Assembly (NCBI GenBank): GCA_963734495.1
Contig: CAVTHK010000009.1
Coordinates: 64,001-128,000, forward strand
Direction of reading: 5' to 3'
Source of the DNA: an uncultured Spirochaetota bacterium
GTDB taxonomy: Bacteria > Spirochaetota > Spirochaetia > SZUA-6 > CAVTHK01
DNA length: 64,000 nucleotides
Below are positions 49,146-60,401 of the stretch, piece after piece (position 1 is the stretch's first letter; each line of letters opens with the position of its first letter). The notes under the pieces are model-generated. The model was given only the letters and a program-made list of their open reading frames with translations, ran no database searches and was not told the origin of the DNA. Made by a program: the position numbers and the translations under genes.

Positions 49146-50102
49146 CTATTCTTCGCCGGGTCCCTCGTGCGGTTGCCAGTCGGGCGGGTTCCACCAGCAG
49201 CGGCCCTTCTGCCGCACCGCGTCGAGCGCGCGGGCTTCGATGGACGCCAGCTCCGCGGCCGTGCAGGGCCTGAACGCGCTCGCGGCGGTGAACGCCGCCT
49301 CCTGCTCATTGGGGAACGAGAGCCCGAGAAGCGCGACGTCAGGGTCGCGCGTCAGCGTGTAGCGCAGGCACTCCTCGACGCCGAGGCGCGGCAGCACGGA
49401 GTCCGCGGGAGCGGGGGCTCCGCCGGAGCTGACCTTGCCGCGGGGCCTCTGCGAAAGGGGCCGGCTGTAGCCTTGAGTGTCCTGCAGCAGCTTTCCGGCG
49501 CCGAAGGTCTTGAAGCAGACCGTGCCCACGCCGCGCCGCCGCGCTTCGGGCAGGATCTGCGAGACGTAGCGCGGGTGGCAGTAAGGGCCGACGGCGAACA
49601 TGAGGACGTCGCAGAGACCGGAGGCAAGCGCGGCGGCGAGCACGTCGGGGTGGTGGCTGGAGATGCCCCTGAAGCGGCATTTCCCCTGGCGGATGCAGGC
49701 CTCGAGCTGCTCCATGCCGCCGCCGGGCGCGGCGAGCGCCTGCCACGTCGCCATGTCGGAGACTCCGTGGAACAGGAAGAGGTCGACATGGTCGAGGCCG
49801 AGGCGGCCGAGGCTTCCCTCCACCTGGGGGGCGACCGGCTCGGCCGCGTGGTCGATCTTGTCGATCACGAACATGCGATCGCGCACGCCCGCCACCGCCC
49901 GGCCGACGATCTGCTCGCTGTAGCCATCCTCGTAACCGGGCGCGGTGTCGATCACGTTCAGGCCGGCGTCGATGGCGCGGCGCGCGGTGGCCACGCACTG
50001 CTCGATGGGCACCGAGCGGTCGGCGAGATCGCCGATGCCGAGGCGGGTGGCGACGAAGCCCGTTCGGCCGAGCGGCCGCCGCGGCTCGAAAAGCGCTGCC
50101 AT
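49146..50102 (-). CDS. Aldo/keto reductase family protein
   Basis: RRPLGRTG, GLNVIDTAPGYEDGYSE, SLGRLGLDHVDLFLFH, RFRGISSH. Confidence 0.88.
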   Translation of the reverse strand: MAALFEPRRPLGRTGFVATRLGIGDLADRSVPIEQCVATARRAIDAGLNVIDTAPGYEDGYSEQIVGRAVAGVRDRMFVIDKIDHAAEPVAPQVEGSLGRLGLDHVDLFLFHGVSDMATWQALAAPGGGMEQLEACIRQGKCRFRGISSHHPDVLAAALASGLCDVLMFAVGPYCHPRYVSQILPEARRRGVGTVCFKTFGAGKLLQDTQGYSRPLSQRPRGKVSSGGAPAPADSVLPRLGVEECLRYTLTRDPDVALLGLSFPNEQEAAFTAASAFRPCTAAELASIEARALDAVRQKGRCWWNPPDWQPHEGPGEE

Positions 50103-51016
50103 CAGCTTCCCTTTGCCGCGCTTGCGGCGCGGCCCGCCCGGCTTTCGTCCTGGCGCGCGATCTTCGCGCGGACGCCGGCTTCGGCTTCGCGCCAGATCTC
50201 CTGGATCGCGTCGTCGAAGAAGAAGTAGACCCTCTCCTCGAACGACGTCGTCGCGAGGCGGTTCCAGAACCGCTGCTCGAAGTCCTTCTGGTCCTTCCCG
50301 TACACGTGGTACGAGTCCGCCTGCCAGTTGAGGCGGCCGAGGTCGACCGGCTTTCCGAGCCGCTCCTGCAGGGGGTCGGCCACGAGGCGCCGGTTGAAGT
50401 GCACGAAGCCGAACATGTTCATGAAGTTCGCGCCCCACGCGTCGTTGCTGCGGAAGCGCACGTTGCAGGCGAGGCGGAAGCGGCCGCCGTCCTCGAGCAG
50501 CCGGTACCACAGCGACTGCAGGCAGGGCGGGTCGTACACCTCGAAGTCGAGGAACGGCATCCACGTGATCATCTGGGCCTGCCTCGTGAACGGCTGCGCC
50601 GCGAGCTTGTCCACGACCTTGCGGATCTGGTCGACGCCGGTGCCGGGCCGGCCGGAGGGCTGCCGAGCCTTCTGCCGCCAGGTCCCCCAGTCGGCGAGGC
50701 GCTGGTGGTAGGTGTACTCCCAGCGCGTGTCGAGCGGGTCGTCCATGTTCTTCACCCAGTGGTCCTTTTCGCCCGAGAGCTCCATAAAGTACTCGCGCAG
50801 GTCGTCGATGCCCCCGGGGAAGGCCTTGTGGATCATGGGGTCCTTCCACGGCTCGCGGACCGTGATGTTCATCGTCGCGTCCACCGACGGCGGGTCGCCG
50901 GGGCGGTCGTACTGCGTGGCGACCCGGATGCCGCCTTCGTGCAGCGCGATCAGCGCCCGCTCGTAGGATTCGGCCAGGGTTTCGCCCTCGACGTGGAGCA
51001 CGGGGATGTCGTTCAT
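50102..51016 (-). CDS. thyA: Thymidylate synthase family protein (archaeal-type)
   Basis: YTYHQRL, TRQAQMITW, DPPCLQ (catalytic Cys), FRSNDA, N, DSYHVY. Confidence 0.8.
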   Translation of the reverse strand: MNDIPVLHVEGETLAESYERALIALHEGGIRVATQYDRPGDPPSVDATMNITVREPWKDPMIHKAFPGGIDDLREYFMELSGEKDHWVKNMDDPLDTRWEYTYHQRLADWGTWRQKARQPSGRPGTGVDQIRKVVDKLAAQPFTRQAQMITWMPFLDFEVYDPPCLQSLWYRLLEDGGRFRLACNVRFRSNDAWGANFMNMFGFVHFNRRLVADPLQERLGKPVDLGRLNWQADSYHVYGKDQKDFEQRFWNRLATTSFEERVYFFFDDAIQEIWREAEAGVRAKIARQDESRAGRAASAAKGS

Positions 51017-51122
51017 GGTTGCCGTGATTCTACCACGGGGATTTTCGAAATTGAAGGCGGCTGCGGCGGCCCCCGCCGCCCCACCGCGGCCGCGAGGGGG
51101 CGGGCGCCCGCCCCACCTCGTC

Positions 51123-51177
51123 TTGACGGGGCGCCCGGCCCGCGCTAACATCTGAACATATGAGCCATCGTTCATAT
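51123..51177 (+). promoter_or_regulatory. Promoter and ArsR/SmtB (CadC-type) operator
   Basis: TTGACG-17bp-TAACAT, followed by inverted repeat ATATGA-N8-TCATAT (51158-51177). Confidence 0.75.
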
Positions 51178-51294
51178 AACGGCCGGGCGCTGAGCATCGC
51201 CGCGGGCCCGGGCGCCGCGGCCGGACCCCGCCGCGCCGCCGCGGCCCGCGCGGGCCGCAAAGCCGGCGCGCGCGGCCCGGGCGTCCGGGACGCC

Positions 51295-51585
51295 ATGCCG
51301 CGCGAGGAGGAGCTGTACGAGCTCGCCGACTTCTTCAAGATCTTCGGCGACTCCACGCGCATCCGCATGCTCTACGCCCTGCACCGCTCGGAGCTGTGCG
51401 TCCAGGACCTCGCCGCCGCGCTCTCGATGGGACAGTCGGCCGTGTCGCACCAGCTGCGGGTGCTCAAGTCTTCGGGCCTGGTGCGCCACCGCCGCGAGGG
51501 CCGCCGCGCCTACTACGCCCTCGACGACGAGCACATCGCCGGGATCATCACCCAGGGACTCACGCACGTCAGGGAGCCGCGATGA
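51295..51585 (+). CDS. ArsR/SmtB family metal-sensing repressor (CadC/CzrA-like)
   Basis: LADFFKIFGDSTRIR, ELCVQD, QSAVSHQLR, LDDEHI...H. Start is uncertain. Confidence 0.9.
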   Translation: MPREEELYELADFFKIFGDSTRIRMLYALHRSELCVQDLAAALSMGQSAVSHQLRVLKSSGLVRHRREGRRAYYALDDEHIAGIITQGLTHVREPR

Positions 51586-53710
51586 AGCGCTACACGCTGC
51601 ACAACCTGAGCTGCCCGAGCTGCGCGCTGGACATGGAGCGCAGGCTCAACAGCCTCGCCTCCGTCCGCCGGGCGCGCATCGACTTCGCCGCCTCGAGGCT
51701 CGACATCGACACAGCCGACTTTGACGAAGCCGTGGCCGTCATGCGCCGCGTCGAGCCCGCGGTCGCCGTCGTCGCCGAGGACGAATCCGGCGGGCAGCGG
51801 GCCGCGCGGCGGCTGCTGCTCCTGGAGCTGGCGGCCTCGGTCCTGCTGTTTGCCGCGGGCCTCCTCGCGCCCCGCGCGTTCCGGCCGCTCATGGCCGCGG
51901 CCTACGCGGTCGCGGGATGGCGCGTGGCGCTCGCGGCCGTCCGCAACATCGCGCGCGGCTCGGTCTTTGACGAGCACTTCCTGATGATGCTGGCCACCGC
52001 CGGGGCGATCGCGCTCGGCGACCTCTCCGAGGCGGCGGCGGTCATGATCTTCTACCAGGTGGGAAGCCTCCTCGAGAGTCTGGCCGTGGACCGCTCGCGC
52101 CGGTCCATCCGCTCGCTGCTGGCGCTGCAGCCCGAGGTGGCCAGCGTGATCGAGGGCGAAGCGCAGCGCGAGCTGCCTTCGCGCGAGGTCGCCCCCGGGC
52201 AGGAGATCCTGGTCAAGCCGGGCGGGCGCGTTCCGCTGGACGGCATCGTGACCGAGGGCAGATCGGCGGTCGACACCTCGGCCCTCACGGGCGAGTCGCT
52301 GCCGCGCGACGTGGAGCCGGGAGCGGAGGTGCTCGCGGGCATGATCAACGGCGGCGCGGCCCTGCGCGTGCGCGTCAGCCGGCCGTTCGACGAGTCGTCC
52401 GCGGCGCGGATCATGCACCTCGTCGAGGAGGCCGCGTCCCGCAAGGCGCGGACGGAGCGCTTTATCACGAGCTTCGCGCGCATCTACACGCCCGCCGTGG
52501 TCGCCGCGGCGGCGCTGGTGGCGCTGCTGCCGCCGCTCCTCGTCCCCGGGCAGGCGCTCGCGACATGGGTTTCCAGGGCCCTCGTCATGCTCGTGATCTC
52601 CTGCCCGTGCGCGCTGGTGGTCAGCGTGCCGCTCGCGTATTTCGGCGGGGTCGGCGCGGCGGCGCGGCGGGGGATCCTCTTCCGCGGCTCCCAGTTCCTC
52701 GACGCGCTGGCCCGCGCGCGCACGGTGGTCTTCGACAAGACGGGGACCCTCACCGAAGGCACGTTCGTCGTTTCGCACGTGGCGCCGGAGCCCGGCTTCG
52801 GGGAGCGGGCGTTCGTCACCCTCGCGGCGGCCGCCGCCTCGCGGTCCGCTCACCCGGTGGCGCGCTCGGTCTTCGAGCACGGCCGGCTGATGGTCGGCGA
52901 CGCGGAGGTTGCGGCCCTCCGCGTCGCGAGCCACGAAGAGGTGGGCGGGCAGGGCATCCGCGCGCTCGTCGACGGAAAGACCCTGCTCCTCGGCAACGAC
53001 CGGCTCCTGCACACCGAGGGGGTCGAGCACCCGCGGCGGGTGTGCGAGGCTTCGGGAACCGGGGTGCACCTGGCCGTCGACGGCCGGTACGCCGGCGCCG
53101 TCGCGTTGAACGACCGCCTCAAGCCCGACGCGGCGGACGCGGTCGCGGCGCTGCACGCGCGGGGCATCGAGACCGTCATGCTGACCGGCGACACAAAGGC
53201 CGCGGCCGCCGCGGCGGCCGACGCGCTCGGCATCGGCACGGTGCACGCGGGTCTCCTGCCGCAGGACAAGCTGGCCCGGCTCGAGCAGATCATGGCGGAC
53301 AGCGACGCCCGCGGCCGCGCGAGGGCGGCGCCGGCCGCGTCGTGTTCGTCGGCGACGGCATCAACGACGCGCCCGTGCTCTCCCGCGCCGACGTCGGCGT
53401 GGCCATGGGCGAGTTCGGCTCCGACGCGGCGGTCGACACCGCCGACGTCGTGCTGACGAGCGACTCGCCCGCCCGCGTGGAGGACGCGATCCGGATCGCG
53501 TCCCGGACGCGGCGGCTGGTCTGGCAGAACATCATCTTCGCGCTCGCGGTCAAGCTCGTCCTCATCGGCCTCGGCGCCGCCGGCCTCATGACGATGTGGG
53601 GGGCCGTCTTCGGGGACACGGGTGTCGCGGTGCTCGCCGTCCTCAACTCGGTGCGCATCCTCGGCATGGGCACCCCTCTGCCGACCGCCAGGGCCGGGTC
53701 CGCGGCCTGA
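51582..53710 (+). CDS. cadA: Heavy-metal (Cd/Zn/Co) translocating P1B-type ATPase (frameshift near 53320)
   Basis: HMA CPSC, TGES, SCPCAL, DKTGT, HP, MLTGD; GDGINDAP in the next frame. Confidence 0.92.
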
Positions 53711-53812
53711 CGCGCCGCCGGCCGGCGAGGCGACCTTCTTCATTCTTTTTTGAAGCGACAACTCGCGGCCGCCTGCGATATAATTCCAGGGTAAAAGCCG
53801 AGGAGAACAAGG

Positions 53813-54271
53813 GTGAGCAGAAGATCCGTCCTTCCGGTTCTGGGTCTGGCGCTCGCGTGCTCGCTGCGCGCGTCGGCCCAGACGGGCGCGTTCATGGACA
53901 GGTTCCTCGAGCAGGACAAGGTGGCGTACGGCGACGCATCCTACCTGGTTCTCGTCGGAGCCGGCCTGCTCAAGGACAGCGAATCGCCAGACAGCGCCCT
54001 CGCGAGCCTCCAGCAGCGGGGCTGGGCCGTCGCGGGCAAAGGCGCCGGCGACCCGCTGACCTTGGGCGAGTACGCGTTGATGGTGATGCGGTCGTTCGGG
54101 ATCCCCGGCGGCGTCATGTACCATCTGGCGCCCGGACCGAGGTACGCGACGCGGGAGCTGGCGTATCTGGGGGTGATCCAGGGGAAGGCTCGGCCCGCAT
54201 CCGCGCTTTCCGGCGAGCGGGCCGCACGAATCCTGGGCCGGGTCCTGGACTACAAGGAGGCGCAGCGATGA
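53813..54271 (+). CDS. Hypothetical exported protein (SLH-like helical)
   Basis: Signal peptide, GAGGAG RBS, upstream TATAAT; overlaps the next start. Confidence 0.75.
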   Translation: MSRRSVLPVLGLALACSLRASAQTGAFMDRFLEQDKVAYGDASYLVLVGAGLLKDSESPDSALASLQQRGWAVAGKGAGDPLTLGEYALMVMRSFGIPGGVMYHLAPGPRYATRELAYLGVIQGKARPASALSGERAARILGRVLDYKEAQR

Positions 54272-55449
54272 GCGCAGCCAGGGTCCTCGCGGTTCTGCTC
54301 GCGCTGGCCGCTGTCGCAAGCCTCTGCCCGGCGGCTGACTTCGACTACGGCCTCACGCTCGACAACCAGACGACCTACGGCGACAGGCCTTCGACCACCG
54401 ACGACCTGTGGGAGCAGCGCGCCAAGGCGGCGGTCTGGTTCGCGGCGGACCTGAGCCCCCGGCTCACGTTCGACGCCCAGGTGAGCTATCTCTACACGCT
54501 CGAGAGGCCCTACCTGGTGGATCTCGACGTGCTTCTCGCTGGCGGGCACGAACCCGTTGAGCGGCACCGGCGTTCTCACCTGGACCGCCGGCAGGCAGTT
54601 TCTTGTCGATCCCACGGGGCTCGTGCTGAGCAACAAGGCCGACGGTCTGTCCGTGACGCTGGGCACGCCCATGCTGACCGCGACGGCTCGCGCCGCGTAT
54701 ACCGGGCTTCTGCTCAAGCCGGAGTCCAACGTGAGCATGTCGGCCGCAGACATAGCGGACGACGACGACAACGGCGTGTTCTTCGCGCCGAAGCGCCTGC
54801 TGGCCGGGGCCGAGCTTTCCTTTCCCGAGGTCTATGCCCGCCAGACAGCTCTGCTGTTCTTCCTCGCGCAGTTCGACCTGCGAAGCGACACGTCGGCCCG
54901 CGTCAGCACGCAGTACACGGGGGCGAAGCTGTCCGGTCCGCTCGGCGGGGCGCTGTACTACGACGCCTCGGCCGTCGATGGAGACAGGGCAGGGATGAAA
55001 GCGCGGACGAGGCCCTGTTCGGGCTGCTCGGGACGGCCGGCGTGCGCTACTACGACTCCGAAGCTGGCCTACGCGAGGATCGAGATCCGCGGGCTGTACG
55101 CGAGCGGCTCACAGGGCTCGTTCGATCGGGTTCCTGCCGATATCAGCCCCGACGCTGGCGCTGGCGTACGCGCCGCCTCTGGAGCAACCTGATCGGGGCG
55201 CAGGCAAGCTCTCGTTCAAGCCGTTCTTCGCGCAGCCCGACGCGGGCGCTGCAGAGCGTGCAGCTCTTCGGCCAGGCCCTGGCCCTGCTGACGGCGGTCG
55301 ATCCGGCGTACACCGGGACGCTGATCGACGTCGGGGTGAATGCGCGGCCGTTCTCCGATCTCGGCCTCGCCCTCAAGTACGGGGTGTGGCTGCCCGACGG
55401 GGCGGACATGGAGTACGCCGTGAGGCTCGAAGCCTCGATGGCGCTGTGA
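54268..55449 (+). CDS. Hypothetical exported protein, probable outer-membrane beta-barrel (multiple frameshifts)
   Basis: Signal peptide and alternating hydrophobic beta-strands across frames; C-terminal YAVRLEASMAL. Confidence 0.6.
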   Translation: MSAARVLAVLLALAAVASLCPAADFDYGLTLDNQTTYGDRPSTTDDLWEQRAKAAVWFAADLSPRLTFDAQVSYLYTLERPYLVDLDVLLAGGHEPVERHRRSHLDRRQAVSCRSHGARAEQQGRRSVRDAGHAHADRDGSRRVYRASAQAGVQREHVGRRHSGRRRQRRVLRAEAPAGRGRAFLSRGLCPPDSSAVLPRAVRPAKRHVGPRQHAVHGGEAVRSARRGAVLRRLGRRWRQGRDESADEALFGLLGTAGVRYYDSEAGLREDRDPRAVRERLTGLVRSGSCRYQPRRWRWRTRRLWSNLIGAQASSRSSRSSRSPTRALQSVQLFGQALALLTAVDPAYTGTLIDVGVNARPFSDLGLALKYGVWLPDGADMEYAVRLEASMAL

Positions 55450-55482
55450 TTCGACCGTGCAGGTGCACGAGAGGCGGTGACC

Positions 55483-56149
55483 ATGAAAAGAATGCTGTTC
55501 GCTGCGGCGGTGCTGGTGATGGCGGCTGCGGTCCGCGGCTTCGCGCAGACCGAGGCGGTGGTGCAGGCGGTCTCGGGCCGCGTGGAGGTCATGCAGCCCG
55601 GCGGGGCGTGGGCGGCCGCGGCGCCGGGGATGCGCCTGGCGCTGGGCGCGATGGTGTCGACGAGCTTCCAGTCCGAGGCGACGCTCGCGCTCGGCTCCTC
55701 CGTGCTGCGCGGTGAGGCCGCTCACGCGGATGAGGCTCGACCAGCTCGTACAGCAGGGCAGCACGGTGTCGACCGAGCTGTACCTGCGGGTCGGCCGCGT
55801 GCGGGCCGAGGTCAAGGGCGCCGAGGGGCTGCTGCAGGACTTCAAGGTGCGCAGCCCGATCTCGACGGCCGCGGTGCGTGGGACCGCGTTCGACTTCGAC
55901 GGGGTGAACACGAACGTCGACAACGGGGTGGTGAACCTGAGCAACAACCAGTCGGGGCAGAGCACGAACCTGGGGGCAGGCGAGCAGGGCAGCGTCACGG
56001 AAGGGGACAGCCCGCCGACGGGCGGCGAGGACAGAACCTGCAGGACCAGTCGACGACGCAGCCCTCGACGGGCCAGACCCCCGCCGGAGAAGACGCCGCC
56101 GCCGAAGGGCGGGAGCATCCGGATCAAGTGGACCACCTACGTCGGGTAG
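55483..56149 (+). CDS. FecR-domain exported protein (frameshifted)
   Basis: V.G.VEV..G.W, FKVRSPISTAAVRGTAF motif. Confidence 0.8.
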
Positions 56150-56162
56150 CCGTGGAGGGATT

Positions 56163-56738
56163 ATGAAGCTGACGAAAGTCGTCGTTGCGCTGACGATCAC
56201 GGCGCTCACTCTGGCCGGCTGTTACTGGACACCACCGCAGGCGCAGGCGGGGGGCGTGTCGGTGCGCGTGAGCGTGCCCCGCGGCGTGGTGTCCCCGGGC
56301 ACCTCCGTGGAAGCCTTTCGGGTGTATCTGTATGACGCCGCCGATGTGAAGGCCCTGTACGGCTTTCCTCCGACCCAGCCGACGCCGTCGTACCGCGGCG
56401 ACTCCATCCAGGTCATTCCGTCAGACCTTGCCGGGCTCCCGCCTCAACTCAGGTCGCAGCTGAGCGGGAAGACGATCGCGCTCGATGGCTATCGCTACTA
56501 CGACGTGATCCTGAGCGGCGGCCTTGGATCGGGCGGCTCGTTCACGATCCCCGACGTCCTGCCCGGCAGGAAGTACCGGATCCACATGGAGTACGGCTAC
56601 TACGCGCCGGCGCCGTACTTCTATGGCTACGAGGAGGGCGTCTCCGAGGCATTCGAGGTGACGGCGGGCAGCGTCGTGGACGTCGCGCTCGACCTGTACT
56701 CTTCGTACTACGGATTCACCTACGGCAGCCTCTACTGA
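56163..56738 (+). CDS. Tyr-rich lipoprotein
   Basis: Lipobox LAGC after a hydrophobic leader; GGAGG RBS; C-terminus LYSSYYGFTYGSLY. Confidence 0.8.
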   Translation: MKLTKVVVALTITALTLAGCYWTPPQAQAGGVSVRVSVPRGVVSPGTSVEAFRVYLYDAADVKALYGFPPTQPTPSYRGDSIQVIPSDLAGLPPQLRSQLSGKTIALDGYRYYDVILSGGLGSGGSFTIPDVLPGRKYRIHMEYGYYAPAPYFYGYEEGVSEAFEVTAGSVVDVALDLYSSYYGFTYGSLY

Positions 56739-56795
56739 TCGCGCGCGATCGGGCTCCTGAGCGCCGTGTTCCGGAGACATCGCGATCGCCTGCGA

Positions 56796-58572
56796 ATGCA
56801 GCCGGCCGGAGGCGGCCCCCTTCCGGAGGTCGCTGCGGCGGAGTCGCGCATCTTCCGGGCCGGCAGCAGGTTCGTCGCGTACGCCGCAGCCGCGGGCTCC
56901 GCGCAGCTCGTGAGCCACGCCGCGGTGGAGCTGCTCGCGCGGCTCGACGGCTGCCGGCCACTGGCATCCCCCGCGGAAACGGCGGCAGCTGAGGAGCTGC
57001 GCGGCCTGGGGCTGCTCGTCACCCGCGCGGAGTTGGTGAGGGCGCTGCGGGACGCGTCCGTTCCCGACGAAGCGCCGCGGATCGCCGCCGTCGCCTGGCT
57101 CACGCGCGGGCGGCCCGCGGCGCTCGCGCGCAGCATCCGCAGCTTCGCGGCGAACGCCGCCCGCCACGGCCGCTGCTCCGCGCTGGCTGGTGTTCGACGA
57201 CGGCGACGCGCGCCGAAGCGGCGGGCACGCTCGAAGCCCTCCGTCCCCTGGTCGCGGACGGCACGGTCCGGCTCTCCTACTGCGGCCTCAAGGAAAAGGA
57301 GCGCATGGCGGCGCGTCTCGTGGAGGCAGCGCGCGGCGCTGTGCCGGAAGAGATCGCGCGATTCGCGCTCTTCGGCCTGCCGGGCTACGGCACGACCTGC
57401 GGCGCCAACAGGAACGCCGCCATGCTTGCCGCGGCGGGCGGTCCGCTGCTCGTGGCGGACGACGACACCGTCTGCGAGCCCGTCGTGCACCCCGAAGCGG
57501 ACGAGACTCTTTCCATCACTTCGCAGCGCGATCCGAGCGACATGCTTCTGCTTTGCGCGCCGCGAGGGGCTGCTGGCGGCAGTCCGGCGCGTCGACATCG
57601 ACTTCCTGTCCGCGCACGAGTCGGCCCTCGGCCGGACCCCAGCCGCGTTCGCCCGTCAGCGGGACGTCGGACCGGATTGACCTCGCCGGCGTATCGCCCG
57701 CGCTCGCGGACCTGCTCGCGCGCGGCGGCGGCCGCGTCGCTGCCACGACCGGCGGAGTCTACGGGGACGCGATCGTCAACGACCCGGCCTACCTCCTCTG
57801 GCTCGAGGGCGACGCCCGCGAGCGCATCGTCGCCTCCGAGGAGTCGTTCCGATCGGCCCGCATCATCGCGGGAGGTGCTGCGCTGCCCGCGCCGCACGGC
57901 GATCGGCGACAGCGACGTCCTTTTCGGCGCAAGTCTCGGTCTCGACTGCCGCGAGATGCTGCCTCCGTTCCTGCCGATGGGGCGCGGCCAGGACATCCTG
58001 TTCGCGCTCACCGTTCACCTGTGCATTCCCGGTGCCCTGATCGGCAGGCCGGCCGTCGCCGTCCTGCACGACCCCGTCGAGCGCCGCGTATATACGGCCG
58101 ACGCCCCGGTCGCGCGCGGGATGCAGGCCTTCGATTTTCTCATGGTGCTCGAGGGCGCCACGTGCTTGCCGGCCGCGTGGGCGCGGACGCCCGAGGATCG
58201 GCTGCGCTCGCTCGGCGGCGCGCTCGAGGAGCTGGGACGGCTGTCGCCGCACGGAGTTCGTCGACACGCTCACGCCGGTGGTCCTCGGCGCGCGGGCGTC
58301 GCAGCTCAACGTCGACGGAGAACCTGTTGCTGCGCTACCGGCGCGAGCCGGAATACTGGGCGCGCGAAGTCGAGCGCCACATCGAGGCAATGCAGGAGCA
58401 GGTCGCCGAGCCGCTCGCCCGGTCGATGCCCGGCGGGACGCGCCGAGGCCTCGGCGCGTTCCAGACGCAGGTCGGGCTCTACGGCGCGCTGCTCCGGGCG
58501 TGGCCCGAGATGTGGCGGGCGGCGCGCGAGCTGGCCGCCGAAGGGCCCTGGGGAATGGCGGACCTCGGATGA
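56796..58572 (+). CDS. Winged-helix (RRE-like) + GT-A-like protein, paralog 1 (multiple frameshifts)
   Basis: ELLARLDGCRPL..EELRGLGLLV; WLTRGRPAALARSI; GANRNA; ADDDT; LPPFLPMGRGQD. Confidence 0.65.
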
Positions 58573-60368
58573 GCGAGACCGTACGCGCACCTTTCGGCCA
58601 GCCCCGTCGAGCTCTACGACTGCGGGGCCGGCCGGTTCTGGGCTGAGGGAAGGCGCGGCCGTTCGCGTGCTCGAGGCGGAGGATGCTCTGCTGCTGCAGT
58701 CCATCGAAGGGTTCCGGAACCTGCGCGAGCACGTGGCCGCTCTCGAGCAGCGGGGATTCGCGGAGGCGGAGCCCGGCGACCTCGCCGCGCGGCTCGAGGA
58801 GCTGCGGGCCGTGGGCCTGCTCGTTTCCGCGGCGGCGCTTGTCGGCGCGCCTTCCGCGCGGCGCCCGAGGCTCCGGCTCCCATCGGGCTGGGCGGCCTGG
58901 GTCACGCGCGGCCGGCCTGCGCTCGTCGCGCGCAGCGTGCGGAGCTGGATCGACCGTTGCGCGGCGCGCGGAAGGACCTCGCCTCGCGGTGCTCGACGAC
59001 TCGACCGACGAGGAGACCCGGCGCGCGCTCGCGCGGGTCGCAGTGCCCGATCTCTGGTACGCGGGCCGTGCGGAGAAGCGCGTCTTCACCGCGCGACTCG
59101 CGGATCGAGGAATCCCCGCGCGATGTGCTCTCGTTCGCGCTCTGCGCCGCCGCCCGATCTCGGCACGCCGTACGGCGCCAATCGCAACGCGCTCCTCCTC
59201 GCGACCTGCGGCGAGGTCGTCCTCTCCAGCGACGACGACATCCTGTTCGAGACGGCGGCGCTGCCGGAGGCGAGCGCGCGGTCTGGCGATCAGCTCCCGC
59301 GCTGGACCCCGCGGGCATCCGCTACTACGCCGGCCGCGAACGGCTGCTCGACGCGCTGCGATCCGTCGGCGAACCGCCGGCCCTCGCTCGCGGCGCACGA
59401 GGCGCTTCTCGGCCGCGATGCCGGCGAGTGCGCCCGGACGGCCGCCGGCTCCGTCGTCCTCGCGGAGCTCGGCCGCGACCTGGCGCTGCGGCTCGTCGCG
59501 CCGTCCGCACCGAGTGCTGCTGACCGCCTCCGGTCTCTGCGGCGACAGCGGACTTCGCGGCACCTGGCTGCTGCACCTGCGGGACGAGTCCTGGCAGCGG
59601 GTCACGGCGACGCCCGACGAGTACGAGATCGCCCGCCGCGAGCCGGGAGACGATCCGCTGCGTCGCGCGGGCGACGGTCTGCGAATGCGGCTACCTCGTC
59701 GGCCAGCACTTCGGCCTGGACAACCGCGGGCTCCTGCCGCCCTTCTTTCCGGTCGGCCGCAGAGAGGACGGCATCTTCGCGCTGACGCTGCGAACGACTG
59801 CACCTCGAGCGCGCTTTCCGCCCACGTGCCGATCGCGGTGCTGCACGATCCCGCGGCGAGTACCGGACGCGACGGGCGACGGACAACCGCCGCCCCAGCC
59901 CTTGTTCGCGGACTTCCTGGCGCTTGCTGATCGGCCTCGTGTTCGCCCTCGCCCGGACAGCAGGACCCGGAGGCGCGCATCCGCGCACTCGCCGCTCATC
60001 TCGCCGGCATGGCGTCGCTCGACGCGCCCGAGCTGGAGAAGTGGGTGCGCGAACGGTGGGTCGGCCGCTGGGCTTCGGAGATGGCGCTCTGCGAGCAGCG
60101 CGCCGCGCGAGCGGCCCGCGCGGCGCGCCGTGGGTGCTCGACTCCGCGGCGCGCCTGGAGCAGATCGCGGCGCACATCGAAGCGGGCGCCGCCGTGCACC
60201 CCCGCGACCTCGGCGACGGCGATCCGGCGGCTCGCCTGGGAGGCCGCGCGCGACCGCCTCCGCCGCTTCGCCGGCGCTGCTCGAGTGGTGGCCGGCGATC
60301 GTCGCCGCCGCGCGCGAGCTGCGAGCAGGGCCGGGCTCGCGGCCTGCTCGCGCCGCCTGCGGGCTTGA
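58569..60368 (+). CDS. Winged-helix (RRE-like) + GT-A-like protein, paralog 2 (multiple frameshifts)
   Basis: ATGA-coupled to paralog 1; LLQSIEGFRNL..LEELRAVGLLV; WVTRGRPALVARSV; VLDDS; GANRNALL; SDDDI; LPPFFPVGRREDG. End is approximate. Confidence 0.65.
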
Positions 60369-60401
60369 TGCGCGCCCGCGGCGCGGCCTAAGATTCGCCC
60401 G

